Assembly (NCBI RefSeq): GCF_037042905.1
Contig: NC_087245.1
Coordinates: 40,860,001-40,924,000 of the forward strand
DNA from: Lytechinus pictus
Taxonomy: Eukaryota
Reading direction: 5' to 3'
DNA length: 64,000 nucleotides
Notes under the pieces: model-generated
What the model was told of the DNA's origin: nothing
The model's input: only the letters and a program-made list of their open reading frames with translations
Database searches by the model: none
Made by a program: the position numbers and the translations under genes
In this document: piece after piece, positions 1-14,795 of the stretch
Layout: each line of letters opens with the position of its first letter
How positions within the stretch are numbered: the first letter of the stretch is position 1

Positions 1-115
1 CTATTAATTTTGTAAGGAGTATCCAATAAAACAAGCAACCTTTGACACAATTTCAGGGTCACAAAATCAAGGTCAAAGTTCTTGGTCAATAAATTCAATG
101 AGGCATAGCCTTTAA

Positions 116-723
116 AGGACAAGCCACCCCAACAAAAAGTTGATTTGAATAAAAAGAGAAAAATCCAATGAGCATAACACTGAAAATTCCATCAAAATTT
201 GCTGTAAAATAAGAAAGTTATGACATTTTAATAAAGTTTCGCTTAATTTCACAGTATACATGTACATAGTTAATATACGCATCCCAGTCAGTATGCAAAT
301 GAGGAAACTGATGACATCACTGACATTCACTCACTTCTTCTTTGTATTTTATTATATGGAATAGTCTAATTTTCTCCTTATTGTCCTGTGAAACAAAGTT
401 TTATTTCTCCATGAACGTGTGGAATTAGCATTGTTTAAAATATGGTTCAGTCAAGTTGGTCCTTATTGTCAAATCTGTAAAAATTGAAATATTGTATAAT
501 TCAAACAATAAAAAACAAAAATGGTGAATGAGGGACATCATCGATTCTCTCATTTGCATGTGACTAAATTGTGCATATAACTATTTTTTGAAAAAAAAAG
601 CGAAACTTTAAAGTGTCATAACTTTCTTATTTTACATCTTATTTTGATGAAAATTTCAGCATTATGCTTGGCTGATTTTTATCTGTTGATTCAAATCAAC
701 ATTTTTTTAGGTGGACTTGACCT
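116..723. mobile_element. Kolobok/T2-like MITE
   Basis: TTAA|AGGACAAG...CTTGACCT|TTAA with long imperfect TIRs; a closely similar copy lies at 39917-40490. Confidence 0.85.
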
Positions 724-2333
724 TTAAAATTGGATGTATAAAAATAATCATATTTTCACATATGTACATATATACATGTATTTGAATACAATAAAGAATG
801 GGTTGTGAAAATTTGTACAAGTGCATACAAGTTCATGTTTGCATATATATGTGTAATGTAGGCATGAAACTTGGCACTTTTCTTACTGTGTACTACTGTA
901 CTGTTAAAAAAATACTCTTGATTAAATGCTTACTTTATGTTGATTTGTTTATTTTTGATAAAAAATTCAAGATAAACTTTTGTTTACATGTTCACAAATG
1001 AAAAAGAGAATAATCAAGCTTATGTATTCATTGAGATTTTTTTGTATGTGCTCAAATTACTAATTTTGTTGTACAGTGTATTTACAATGTATATATATAT
1101 TTTTTTGGAATCAATTACTTTTATACAGCATCAGTACTTTCACTGCCGTACAGATTTCATAAGGGATAAAGGGATATTAGTTTTTGTTTTGCTTTCGAGT
1201 GCTTGTTTTGGCTTAAATTAATATTACGTTAACCCATGTGTATGTGCACAGATATGTCAGAAGAAAAGAAAAAGGCCAGTGTGGTAGTGAGCTATTAAAA
1301 GTAAGGTGGGAAAAGAGTGGAAATCAGATTGAAAATTAAAGAGGAAGAGTTTGGAAGATCACTCATTGCTGGATGAGCCATTAACTGTCAATGAAATTTA
1401 TCTGTTTGTCATCATAGCAGCAAATTCATTATAAAGTGGCTGCTGTCGCTCTGAAAATTGGGTTTTGCACGGGACCTCGTTGAGGTGATAATACCCGCTT
1501 GATGATAGCGTCAGGAATTCTTTCAGCCCAGACCAGGAAGAGTTGACTTTGAGTCCTATCACAGCGGGATTAGCCCAAGAAAAAAAATGCCCAAGTTTCC
1601 TTCCTGCTTGCGAGATATTTCGGTACGCAATCTCACGCAATACTCCTGCCGACGGTTTTCTAATTTTACCAACAGAGGAGAGACAAGAGAGAGAGGGGGA
1701 GATAGAAATGAGAAGTATGGTGAAGCTTAGGAGCTAATTTATCTCATAAGCTGGAGTTTTTTCTTGCTCACTTCCTGTAGAGGAAGGTAATTAATCCAGT
1801 TTCTTTTGACTTGGCATCCAAGCTGCATTCTGGCAGATTTTGCGAGTTACGTTAGCCGGAGGGGATGCTGCTAAGGAAAAAAGACATGAAATGTGTACCT
1901 GTATTTTTATGATGGAAGGTTTGGGAATTGGAATTAAGTGACTAAAAGGGGAGAGGATTAGCCGGCTTAGGACGCTCTTCCAGATCTAATTTGCGTCAGT
2001 TTTATTTTGTTTTGTTAGACACGGTACTGTCTGAAATAAGACTTTGCTCTCTGGATCTGCCGACTTTAATACGAAGACGTGACACATTTTGTTTTTCTCC
2101 CCATGAAGGTCAAATGTGATGTACTTCTTTAAAAGCAGGATATACTGTATAATCTTTGAAAACCTTAAAAGGACACAATCCTCATTGATTCTTGTAATCG
2201 TGCAGTATATCTTTGGATAATTAGGGATGTCGAGTGTTGACCAATGTTGAATTCATCAGTTGTTTATTTTATGACCGACATGAATTACTCAGACTCTTTA
2301 AGAATTTAGCAATAAGATTACGTACATAATTAC

Positions 2334-5300
2334 ATATGGTCAATTCCAGCCAAACGTTGCATTTTTCCAGTTTTTTAAATTTCTTTTCTGAGCAATTTTG
2401 TTTATACTGTTTATAATTATATAGTTTAAGGTTTACAAAAGCACACTTATATTTACTATACCCTCATTCATTCATAAAATACACAATGTGCACTCTGTTG
2501 CACTTTGGTACTAAGAATTCTTAGAAAGTGTACAACTTTCACCCATCCCTGGCTCCTGGCAAGCAAAGGGTGCTGATGAAAAATTCCACTGTCAATGTGA
2601 CCTCCAAGCAGTAATTTCCCATTAGCTGTATTGTTTTACATGCTGCAGTGAATTGGTGAGGCACAAAATACATATCAATGTGTGTATGTTTGATGTCCCA
2701 TAAGTCACAGTTTTGAGCATTAAGTTCCCCTCATATGCTGCAATAGACTCCTGCAGACAAGCATTGGACTTTTTTATCTACTACAGTACATGCTTGCATC
2801 AACATATCAAGCTGCATCTGCATTGGACTTGACATAGCTCTAATGGGGGGACATACAATTAAGTCCCATAAGTCACAAGTCCCATAAGTCACATATACAG
2901 TTCGTAAACCATGCCACCCAAAAGCTGTGCATGAGAGCAAAGAGAGGGACAAGAATGCTTAAAAGCTGGAGGACAGTATGCTGACTGTAAGAAAAAACAG
3001 TCAAAATATCATAGGCAGTGGGAAAAAAAAAACTTGCAATGTCTGCAGCCCAGAAAAAAGGAGAAAACTGAATATGAACACTAATGCAAAGCTGAGTTGA
3101 GTACAGGTGAATTGGTTTGTTTCACCCTAGCTTTTACCCTATTTCACCCTATTTTTTTAGATGCAGATCACTCTCTTGATTTTCTTGTCCTTTGAGTATG
3201 CATTCACTATGTTACATATGATGTGAACTTGATACATGTATATAGTCCCATGGAAACTAGACCTATTGCAAATGTCCCATCAGTCACAAATGTTGTAGTT
3301 GCGACCCTCTGGATCCTGTCAAAATGAGCACCAGTCCTCAGATGCATAAGGCTACCCTGAACAGACCTGTTAAAAGGGCACAAACAGCACTCCCTACCAG
3401 CCCCTGTAAATGCCAAAAAGTTGTTCAGAAGCTTGCAATCAAATTTTTTCCAGAAATACCAGAATCATTTGTGCCGCCTGACAAGAGAAAGGAACATGCG
3501 CATATATAGAGTACTGAAGTATGATATCTAGATGTCATGACAACGAACCAGCTGGTTCTAAACTGAATCACAGCAGCACGATCGTCTCTACACATTTGTA
3601 TTTTCAAAAATGGTGATGTGTTTTGTCCCTGGTTGTTACCATTATTCTGAAAGTTATAACGGCACTGTTTCAAAAAGCTGTTTGTAAGTTAAGAGCGACT
3701 TTAAGAACGACTGGTGATCCTTTCTTGTGGTAAATGGTATCATAAATTGGCGATGTTTAGTGCGTTCTTACAGTCGCTCCTAACTTACGAACAGCTTTAT
3801 CAAAAGGCCCCTGGGTTAATTTGTTTAGAACCAGGACGCCATGACACCATGGCAACTGACGTCATCGCTTCGGTACTCTATAAATGATGATGTCCTTACA
3901 GATGTTCTGAATTTCTATGAAAGAGATGACATATCAACCCAAGCAGCTGGCAAAAAAGAATTTGTGATAATAATAGTGGGGAAAGATAGGGTTCCTATGC
4001 ACCCCCATGATAGGCCTATATATTTTTAACCAACTTTTTTGTATTGCCTGAAGTGTATAGTTAATGAATCTTAATATTCCCTTTCACAAATCGTGTCCCA
4101 TGGGGTTCCAAATTGGCAATTTTGGCGGCCATCTGGGATTTTTCATCAAAATCAATTATTTTCATATTTTTTTCACAGGCAATGGGAAAAATCTTAAATG
4201 AATATGATTTTTACTATAGTTTAGATAGTAGAAATTGATTGTAATAGTTTTCTGGACAGTCCAATTAATAATTTTTTTTTAAGCAAGAATTTACGCAAAA
4301 TTTCACGTTATTTGTCAAAAATTTGCATGTGCATTGATATCTATCAGTTTTATCATAAAGTCCATAAACATCAACAAAAATCAATTATTTTCATATTTTT
4401 TGCACAGGCAATGGGGAAAATTTTTAATGAAAAATATCAGCATTCGACACGAAAGAGGATATATTAATGAGAATATTGATATGCTTCATGACAGTATTAA
4501 TGTCTTAATTTGCTTGTACATGTAACACACTGATAAGGTAATCTTCAATACCATACTGTATTAGACGGATAGAGAAAAGCAACATTTGTTTGTCCCATCT
4601 GTCACAAATATGACCAATCATTATGTCCCATCAGTCACAATGGAAAGTGTGTACATTCTAATTCTAACTGTTCATTGTTCATCTCTTTGCTAAATAATTA
4701 TGATTGTAATTGTTTATTGATTATTTTGTACTTATTTGATTACAGTTCTTAAAGCCTGCTGACAAGTTAAGAAGCTTTTTTTTTTTTTTTGGGGGGGGGT
4801 TAATGTTCCCTTTTAATACATGAAGTGCATGAAAAGAAGTTTCTGCCCTTTGTTGAATTTATTTCTGACACAATGGCATAAATTATTAAAGGTGTCATCT
4901 TATTAGGGAATATTTTTTCATGCTGAAATTAAGTTTGACTTAAAAAGTCATTGAGAGGAAATGTAAATTCCATGAAATGAGATAGGGTCCCATCAGTCAC
5001 ATTCACTTGTCCCATAAGTCACACACGATTGCACACAACTACTGAAACAAATGAAATGAATCAAGTCCAATTCAAGTACTGTTAGTGAGCCCTATCACTG
5101 GTTAATCTCCAATCCCAAATCTAAAAACATTGTCATAAAACTGAGATAGTTATGGCACTTTGAACAAAAGAGCTCAATTTGTGTGGTCCATCGACGTCCC
5201 ATAAGTCACAGTGACATTTCTGAAGATCTAGCACCCTATGCAACCAAGATGAAAGCATACATTTTTGTATATAGTAAGTTTCAGCATTCTTCTTACAGTT

Positions 5301-5406
5301 TAATAAAGTAAATCCATGTTTGTGCAGCTACTATTCCAGATATGCACTTCAGTTACGTGGAAAAAAGTATCAAATGTCCCATAAGTCACAATGGAATTGA
5401 CCATAT
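2334..5406 (+). mobile_element. Decayed ~3.1 kb DNA transposon, probably Sola-like
   Basis: 15-bp TIR ATATGGTCAATTCCA / TGGAATTGACCATAT; ten direct copies of GTCCCAT(A/C)(A/T)GTCAC; transposase-like peptide remnants at 3324-3509 and 3841-3985. Confidence 0.7.
3661..3812. mobile_element. Short MITE nested in the Sola-like element
   Basis: Inverted ends tttcaaaaagctgtttgtaagtta / taacttacgaacagctttatcaaa; same family as 39873-40633 and 60184-60359. Confidence 0.75.
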
Positions 5407-8400
5407 AGCATTTGAGCAGATTTATGTTAGTGTAGTGTTATTCAAAAAGTACTATAGCTTTGTTATTAAAAGCATTTTATTGTGCTAGGTCATGGATCCT
5501 TTGTAGAATGTTTCCTACATGTACATGTAGATTCATTTATGCAGTATTTAAAAGTAAAATCTTATCAGCAGGAACCATTTCCTGTATCAATTGTCAGGTG
5601 ATGATTACACAGTATACACTGTACTAGGTGACTGTACAGTAGTTAAAATGGAAGGCGTGGAGTAAGATATTTAAGATGGAACCTAAAATTCTGTAAAAGA
5701 GCAAAACTACAACTGATGCTAAAACGATATAATTTGTAGTATTTTTTTAAAACTATTGAAATGACTTTGCAATTCCATGTTTTGTACATGTAAGCCTTTA
5801 ACACCAATTGAAAGCCATCCCTGAATACATGTATGATTGTTGATAGACTCCAAGCTCAAAAGAAAAGAATTTTTTTTTTCTTTTAAAGCATATCTTTAAA
5901 AAAAAAACTTTCCAACTTTAGTCATCTTTTTAAACATAATTTGGTTACAAGTATGCAATCCAAACACACTATCTGCTTGCTACATACGATACTTTTTATA
6001 TTGTATGCTTCCAAAATCTCCTTAACCGCAATATCGCTAATAATCTACCTAAATACATGTAGGTAAAGAAAAGGGGAGAAATAGAAGGTGCTGCTTTGAA
6101 ATCGTTTTTCAAGTGTCAAGGCTGACACTTCACGATTCCATCCACCTCGATATCCCATGAGCCTCTGTTGCGGACCACTGTCCAATGGGGAAAGGTCCAC
6201 TGACTCCGCGGGGAGGGGATTATCTCTTAATGACATAAGACCTCACTCTGGTGGTTCTTCTGCTATATGGTGCTATTATTAGCAGCAAAATCCATTGATA
6301 AATGGATTGTTTCAAAATATGTAATATTACACTTTGCTGTGTGGATTTTGTTGAAAAATATTGACTTCACTAAACATCTATTCTATTATTTTTTTAAAAC
6401 CTTGTTTTAGAAAGATGTACTGTAGTTTGCGATGAAGCATCGGGGGGGGGGGGGGGGAGGGGGAAGGGGTGGGGTGGGGAGGGGGGGGGGTCGTCCATGC
6501 ATGGTACCTCATATTATAAACCTCCATCATGTATTTGATGCTATGCTAAAAAAATCTTGAATCCAGTGAAATTTACAGGTAGGAGATTACTAATCTCAGA
6601 TTAGGAATTCACACATTTTCAAAATTACAAAGCTAGAAAAATGCATTTGTACATGTAATCAAATTCAAAGCTTACCCCAATGTCTACATGTATACATTGT
6701 ACCTGTAGATATGCCTATAATTAATCTATCAAATCAATCTTCATTTTTTTTTTCTCTCTGATCTGAAATGCCAATAGACTTTCTATAAGTGTAGTTGTAG
6801 TTTTAGTTTCTTATTTTTGAGCAATATATTCGGTCTAGTTCTATTTAATATCATGGAATTTCATTTTCTGCACTTACATGTACCTACATGTACAACACTT
6901 GCATGTATTTATTCCCTACATGTAGGTATTAAATCCGATATGTTTTTTTCCTCAAAAAGATTTGAGAACATGACTAATTCTGGTGAATGCAGATGTCTCG
7001 TTAGAACTCGTCTCTATTTTTATTTCTTCACATTCACAAAGTCTTGTTCGCCCAAGTTAAAGTTTATGAAGTAGTTTACAAATTTGTATTTTCTTTCAAA
7101 AAAGTATATGTTACATTTCTTTTAATAGAATAAGTTTGTTTATGAGAAATGAAATATATATTTGCCTCCTGTCTCCAGGAATTTTGATTCCTGTATATCT
7201 ATAGTTAACCGATGTCTCTCCCTCTTATTTCAAAGGAATATATTTGCAAGGTATGCTAAGCCTCAAGGGATTGTTAATGCACTGCCGTTGAGGGGAGATC
7301 TTTTGTTTTGTCCATTTAATCCAGAATGCGACTTTCCAGCCTGGAAGACGATTCTGTCTCCTTCCCATTGCAGAAAGAAGTCCTACAAGTCTTTCCATTT
7401 CCTCGATGTTGTGCTCATTGCGAAATTGTAGTTTAAGAATTCATATGAAGCCCCCACGGTGTGGAAAGCTTTCAAAGAAATAGTGATTCTCTTTCTTGGC
7501 AGTGGGGACGCACGAGTAGGCTTTCTTCATCAGAATGTGAGAGCAAGGTATTTATCTAGGATGAGCACTTAATTCTATCTTTTCCTTGCCCTTGGCTTGG
7601 AGGTTTATGTCATTTTTTAAAGTATATATTTTTTATTTTCATATTTTCGTGCAGCAAAGGGCAACAATTCAAATTTGAAATCTTTGGGAGAGGAAAAAGT
7701 GTCCCATGTGGCATTATAAGAAGTCTTAGAAGAAATTTCAAGCGCGCGTTCAAGTCAAATCCATTCTAAGGTTTCAGTTTCATACTTAAGAAAAAAAGTA
7801 TGAAAAACAATATTTCAAGGTTTTTCTTGCAGTTGAGTTTATTTTCTTCAGTATATTTGATATTTTCAGAAGATGATTTGCAGTTTTAATTTTATTTTAT
7901 CTTTGGAGAAATAAAAAGGAATTTAAGCATTATTTTGAACTCTGTATGGATGGGGGTAAGGGATGGGAAAGAACGAGAAAGACAAGTGGAATTGCTACAT
8001 GGATCAGTTTGTAGACTAGAATTAATTCAAGCCATTAATGACAAAAGATACACCTTATTTCTATTTTTTTTACAAGTACTTGTACAACAAAACAAATATA
8101 ATTGAATTATGCAAATCTGTCCTATTGCCAATATGACATCCAAAGTTAGTGTAAATTTTGGTCTCTATATTCAGTTACTGCTACAAGTACATGTACATGG
8201 AGTTACCATGCTATAAAAGCCCCCAAATAAAAGAAACCAAAATATGATTTTGACATCAAATAAGGGTTTTGTGACTTATCAATTTATAGAAGTGAGATGA
8301 AAAAAATCAACACACAAGGCCAGGGTTCTGATCTATTTAATTTTTATTTATTTATTTATTTTTTATGCCTGGGAAATGTTTTCACCGAATCAAATCGAAC

Positions 8401-9569
8401 CGTTAGACACTTCTCGACACCTCAGACTGCCGGGATTGATCCTGATCCCAACCCGGCTGAGACCCTGCTAATTGAAAGGTGAATAATTAAAGTTAGTCTG
8501 CATAATGACTTGGTGAGAAAGAGAGGTACATGTAATAGGCCTATTGAATTCCTATGAGTTGGCTTCATTTTGGTGCCCAAGTGTGGTGGCGAAGTGCAGT
8601 AGAAGGTACATGGCTAGGAGCATCCTGGGAAGTTTGTTTTTTAATGTTGGAAATCTCGGAGGGGATGTGGCATAATATCGAGACTTAAGTAATTGCCTGC
8701 TGATAGCTCGTTCATTTGCTGGTGGATGAGGGGATGTAAGAGCTAGTTGATAGAGAAGCCTGAATGACGTGCCAGTCACCTAATGTCTCAGGAAAGGAGG
8801 AGCTGGGGGGGGGGGGTTGTCGCTGTTCTGAGTCTCTTTAGATTGCCAGAGAGTACAACCTCTTCTTGTAGCCTTTGTTTAGCCATTTCACAGAAATTGT
8901 CAGAGGCATCGTTAATGCCGTGAGATTTGTTCCCCCGTCTCTCTTGTTAGGGCATCAAATGACAAATGGCAAGAAAAGATTTTAAGGCTGGATTTGCTCT
9001 TTAGGCGGGACTAAAGGACCGAGGGTGAGGATATTGAAAGAAAGGGAGAGTGGCGTAGAGACCGAGATGAATCTGTGAGAGGGGCTCTCTCCCTTCATTT
9101 TTTTTGTGATGGTTTGGAGGGGGATTGGAGGAAAAATCTCCTTTTGGTTGCCTGGGTTTTCCATTAACAGATTAAGCTTCAAATCCTCAGGGAGATTAGG
9201 AAGCCCATTAGGAAGATTAGGGGATAAATCCATCCAGGTTTGGATGGAGGAGACTATAGACCATATTGTGAGAGGGCTAGAGAGATGGAGAGATGGAGAT
9301 AAAGAGAGAAGAAGAGAGAGACACACAGACATATCCACATAGGAGAGGAAAGATATAGGCCTAATGAAGACAACACTGGACAGGTAGAAATAGAGAGAAA
9401 CGGAGGAAGAGAGTAATGGGATGGGGAGAAAGTTTTGACAAAATTTCAGTTTGATATAAAGATAAGTTCTTAGAATTGTGTTAGTACAAGTAAAAAGATT
9501 TAAGTGTGACTCATAAAGTTCCCCCAAACTCCCACATGTACATGTAGTTGTGACTTGTGAGTGGCACGT

Positions 9570-9803
9570 TGGGTGATTTCAAGTCCGGTGTTGGCCTTGG
9601 TGTTGGTGTTGAAATTTGGATTGCTTCCCCTAGCTCCAAAACTTATTCAGAGTTTGTAAAACTGATCCAGATCACATAATTGACATCTCAACAACTGGTG
9701 AGTTATTCAGGACCATCTTCATTTTATGTTTGGTTTTATAATCGGGTAAAAATTGACCTAACACCAACACCAAAAAGGTCAACACTGAACTTGAAATCAC
9801 CCA
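9570..9803. mobile_element. MITE
   Basis: TIR tgggtgatttcaagt / acttgaaatcaccca, with extended imperfect pairing. Confidence 0.75.
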
Positions 9804-10473
9804 TTGACGGTATTGCCAAGATGGTGCTGAGTTCAGGGGCCCAGGATGCATGCTGCTATGTCAGGAAAACTGTTTTTATTGCAAAATGATGAAGAGCAGG
9901 GAAAATTACATTGGAGCTTGGGGGGATTTCGCCCTCAAAATGCACAAAAGAACCCGTAAATTGTAAAAAAAATCCTCAGCGAATCCTTATTCACTGCAAT
10001 GGTAAAGCTTATCTAAATGTACATGTGACAGTGTTGGGCAGTAGCTTATGAAAAGAAGAGCTCTTCTAAAAATTGAAACAAAAAACTGGTTTCCTGAACC
10101 GATCACAAGTAAACCAGTTTTAGAAAGTATAATGGGAATCGTGTCAGTGTCCCGGGGCCCCATACCATGGACAAATTGTTTATGTCACCTATTAATATAT
10201 ACCGGTAGGCCCTAATATTAAAGTGCCTGAATGATAAGTATGATGGGCATTTTCTACAGATATGCTTTGGCGTATCCGTGTAGGCCCTGCATGTATGATC
10301 ACAAAAGTAAAAGCAAAATAGTAACAAACACATTTAACATGTACACAGTAAACAATGTGGTTCTGAGGGGGTCACAAGAGCATCATAAAAACGAAAAGGA
10401 TAGCGATAGGGTTTATGTGTGGTGTGGGTATCCAACTTGTATCCAACCAGGGCCCATCTACAGATATGAACTA

Positions 10474-10855
10474 ATACCCCTTTCATAAACCCAATTATGC
10501 GGCTAATAGCAGCATAATTTGGTCGTAAAATCGGAGGAGGACCAGAGTTATCCGCATTATTTCGAAGCTGCAATTATCCGCATAATAGCGGCATCGGGAC
10601 CAGATTTTGACTTTATGAACGCATTTCCAAATAATGCGGATAATTGCCATGGTGTGGTCACAAGGTCACCCTTTTCCAACACAACCGCATCGGAGGGGGC
10701 GTGTGCAGTTGTCATGACGATTATCCGCCTTTTTCAGGACGGGCGCTCGTAAAAATAGTGCGGATTATTTTCGGAGTTTGTGAACACAATTTTTATTGAA
10801 TTATCCGCATTATTCTTAGGAGGCTAATTGGAGGATGGGTTTATGAAAGGGGTAT
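10474..10855. mobile_element. MITE with TACCCCTTTCATAAACCCA termini
   Basis: About 20-bp TIR; a near-identical inverted copy lies at 29253-29636. Confidence 0.85.
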
Positions 10856-11370
10856 AATAAAGTCAAATCTGTAGTTATAGCCTATAGCCCTTCTTGCTCC
10901 CAATAGATGCATACATGTGATGTATGACCTTTTGGTTCAGAACACCCAATAGTAGCCATGCTGTGCCCCTCCATGTGGGTAAAGTTCACAGGCACATTCA
11001 CGCCTTTGGAGGAGCCTGGTCAGCGCTAAGAGGGGCTTACTGGCAAAAGTGTTGCCTTTCAAAGGATTTCGTTTCCCTAAGCTGATTGAAATTGAGATGG
11101 CTGATCCATGGTGAAGAAGGGTGAACTGTGGTGGGTAGGAGAGAAACTGGAGCGGGAGGGAGAGAGGTGGGGGGGGGGAGAATCAGAGATACAGTTGTGA
11201 CATCACCCTCTTTCCTGAAAGATCAAAGACAGACTCATAAAGATAGAGGGGTTTCTAAAAAAATGCAAACTATAATTTCAAAAATCCTGTTGGACAATCG
11301 TTCCTGATTAAAACACTTTAGGTTGGTTGGTGTGTAGATGATAAACCAGTAGTTCAAGATCGAAATATAT

Positions 11371-11640
11371 GGGGGCATCGTGGTCTAGTGGTTAAGACGC
11401 TTGTCCCTCATACTGAGGGACGTGGGTTTGATTCCCATCCAGGGCATGTTTTCCTTAAGCAAGAAATTTATCCACATTGTGTTGCACTCAACCCAGGTGA
11501 GGTAAATGGATACGGGCAGGAAGTAATTCCCCAAGAAGCTGTGAGCACCGGAATCGGTAGACCAGCTTAGCCGGGGTAATATAGCAGCGCCTTGAGCACC
11601 TAAGGTGGATATGTGCGCTATATAAATCCTATATTATTAT
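11371..11640 (+). mobile_element. tRNA-derived SINE
   Basis: A box tggtctagtgg and B-box-like ggtttgattcc; core gcactcaacccaggtgaggt shared with the 24.4 kb and 31.7 kb copies; (tta)n tail. Confidence 0.85.
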
Positions 11641-12967
11641 TTTTGTATATTGCGATTGGCATGCTCAGGGGATTATGCAATCGGGTGTTCCTCCTGCAGG
11701 CCTACACTTCCTCGTTGATTTCTGATAGCCAATTGCTTCAAAACAATATGGCACATAATTAAACAAGGGTTCCAACATGACAAACTGCAACAAGGTCTTT
11801 TACTCTTTTTGAAGGTGTTCTGAGCTTGTTCTGCTCATTGGGTGGAGCCATTGAAACTACATGTAAATTATATATATGTTTTTGTTTCTTGGAAGTTAAG
11901 TGTGCTGTAGTTTGCATACAAATTTTGTATTTCCTGTTCTGATTGAAGTCCAAGGTTTCAGTAACCTGATTGATTTTAGTTAATCATGTCTTCATTGGTG
12001 ATCATTCATGTTCATATAAAAACCAGGTCAGTCAACTCAATTGGCTTAACGACAGATTACTGCATGTACAGTACATGTATAAACATTACAAACAAACAAA
12101 CAGTGTTTCAGTTCAATTGAGGTCTGAATGTTCTCAGTCTAGACCGACTGTCAGGTGAACGTACTAAACGTAGAGATTTCCAAACTCCGGCTTGCTGGAT
12201 AGATGGATGGATGACGTGATCATTCAATTTGGGTGGCGTCTCTCTCTCCCCATCTCCAACGGATAAACGTTAATGTTGACTCGACTTAGCCAACTAAATT
12301 GGCTACGAAATCACCCTCGATCACAGCTAATTTTCACACAGTCCCCCCAGAATCCAGGCAGGGGAATAGACGGCCAGAGAGAGCAAGGAGAAGCTTGAAG
12401 AAATGGGGAAAGAAGGAACAGAAGACCGGCATTCACATCAGTTAACCCAAAGCGACGATCTATTTTGAATTAGGAAAGATGTGCTCCTGACTTTGTTGGA
12501 TTATGGGATATAGTGGGATAGTTAAGTGGATGGGTGGTAAGGAGTAGGGATAAACACAGAGAGGAAAGAGATGGCTGGGTAGGGTATTGGGGTGGGAAAT
12601 ATTTTGTATTTCGGGGGCTATTGGGGCTATTGCTGAAAATAATTACAAGCCAGGATTGCTTTTTGTGTGTGTGCAACATGCACATGTGGGAAATTAATGC
12701 ACATCATTATTTTGCCATATAGTATTGATTTTCTAAATATTAAAGAAAAATTGTTGGTGGCAGATCATAGAGCTACTCTAGAAAAGATTGTTGCCATAAA
12801 GCTTTCATTTTGGCAATTTTAGGGCCAATTTGGGTTAGGATGAGGGCAAAATCACCTGTCGCCCTCGTGTTTTTTTTCCTTCATATACAATGTATACCCT
12901 GAAATATGGATGTGATTCAATTCATATGAAAGTGATAACCAAGGGCCAGGGGTAAATTGCCAATTTA

Positions 12968-13363
12968 GGGCCATCTGCACCAGCCAAGTTTTTAAATAAG
13001 CGCGCTATTTCTGATCCAGCAAATTATCCCGATCTGAACAATCTCAAGATTATTTGTAATGGAGACGCAATCATCGGGACAGTTCGCCAGATTAATCTCG
13101 AGATTGCAATCCCAAGTCAACATGAGATTATTTGCAAAATAGTGCGCTATTTACAAATTAGTCCGCTAATTCTCAGGTGCAGACACACTCGGGATTATTT
13201 ATTAATGGCGCCACACCATAATGCATCGATGCCCCGCTCGAGCACGAATTGCTCTTCTTGCGCTGGTGGAGATGGGGTTTCTTGAATCTCGAGATCAATT
13301 GCGAAGAGGGCTGATCGGGCTAAAATGTCGAGATTGAGCAAACTCGGGCTGGTGCAGCACTGC
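12968..13363. mobile_element. CpG-rich MITE
   Basis: Imperfect TIR ctgcaccagccaagttt / aaactcgggctggtgcag; internal atctcgagat palindromes. Confidence 0.6.
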
Positions 13364-14745
13364 CTTTCATCTACATGTACTGCCAACTCGTCCACTTATC
13401 ACATTGTCTACGTTCATTTACAGTAGTCTAATGCCATTTGGTCCTAGAATCACTTCATCTAATCACCAGTTTGTCTATAACCATTTCGTCTCATAACCAG
13501 TTGGTCTACATGTAATACCCATTTTCTTTTTTATCTTATCGCCCAATAAATGGTATATGGACTAAATGGCTAAAATGGACCAGCTGGTCATTAGATGAAA
13601 TGGTGAGTGGACTAAATGGCAATTAGATCATGTGAATAGTGGACGAACTGATGGTAGACTAAACGATAGTAGACAAATGGGTCATTGGGTGAATGGGCAT
13701 TAGACCCATGTTTGGAAATAAACCGGGCCAGGGGATGGGGTGGGGTGGGATGGGATCACAAACCCATCAAGGATTATGTACAAATATCAGGTATTTTTAA
13801 AAAGCATAATAAATGTACACAAATGACAATGATTACAATGCAATTAACCAAATAATGGATTAGAGCTAGATTTATTTTGTTCAGAAATGAAGCTGCGACA
13901 AAGTATGCTACCGTAAATTATGAAATTGGCACAAACGGACGAATGCGGTACAGATGCCTACATGTAGATACACTAGTTACAGAGAGAGGAGGAAAAGAGT
14001 GTGCACGCGCAAGCTCGAGATAACACATAGAGAGAGGGGGGGGGGGTGGACTGGATATCAGCTTTTGTGAAAAAAACCCCCAAAGAACGAAGGGGATAAT
14101 GGAAATATTGGAAACCAGGATTGGGTGGCTTTGATGGGTTTTAAGAGGAAAGGAGATCTTTTCTGTGCGGATTTGATTTGAAATGGGTTACTAGTCACTA
14201 ACAAGATTGGAGATTGTCTCCTGAATACCTACATGTATTTAAAGTGGAATATTTTGGCTTTTAAACAAATTGATTGATGCATGTGGAGAGAGAATATGGG
14301 TTTTGTAGTAAAAATGTTGTTAATTGTTAAGCCATGTTCAGACATACATTGTATATACATGTACATGTATGTTACACAACAAAATGCAACAAACCTCTGC
14401 ACTGCCTTCAGTGCGCGGACAGTGCGCAATGGCATATTACCCCCATGTAGGCTTGTATAGTTTATTACATGCTTTAACTCTCAGAAGGGATGTTTTAAGC
14501 AAGTACAAATTTGTGAAATTCAATTCATGTTGTGAATGTGCTGCTAACCTTTAAGAATTAATGAATGAATTAATCCACATTTATTTTGCAGCTAAGTGCA
14601 CCCCCCCCCCAAAAAAAAATGAATGTCTCCTATCTGTGACATCACATATCCCATCAACAATGTACAAAAACAAATTGTTGCTGAGCCTTTTCTTATGTTA
14701 TGACGTATGTGTTAATTGTTGACCCCAAAAGAGCTGGGTCTTTTC

Positions 14746-14795
14746 AATTCATCTCACAGCCGGAGATCCATCCCCCTCCGGCTGTGAGATGAATT
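14746..14795. repeat. Perfect 20-bp hairpin
   Basis: aattcatctcacagccggag, a 10-nt loop, then ctccggctgtgagatgaatt. Confidence 0.9.

Noticed and set aside
6441..6491. G-quadruplex-capable G run
   Set aside because: Poly-G/C runs are common throughout the window, with no specific context here.
11371..11445. tRNA genes at SINE heads (also 31661 and 59425)
   Set aside because: No proper acceptor stem or terminator; they continue into SINE bodies with simple-repeat tails.
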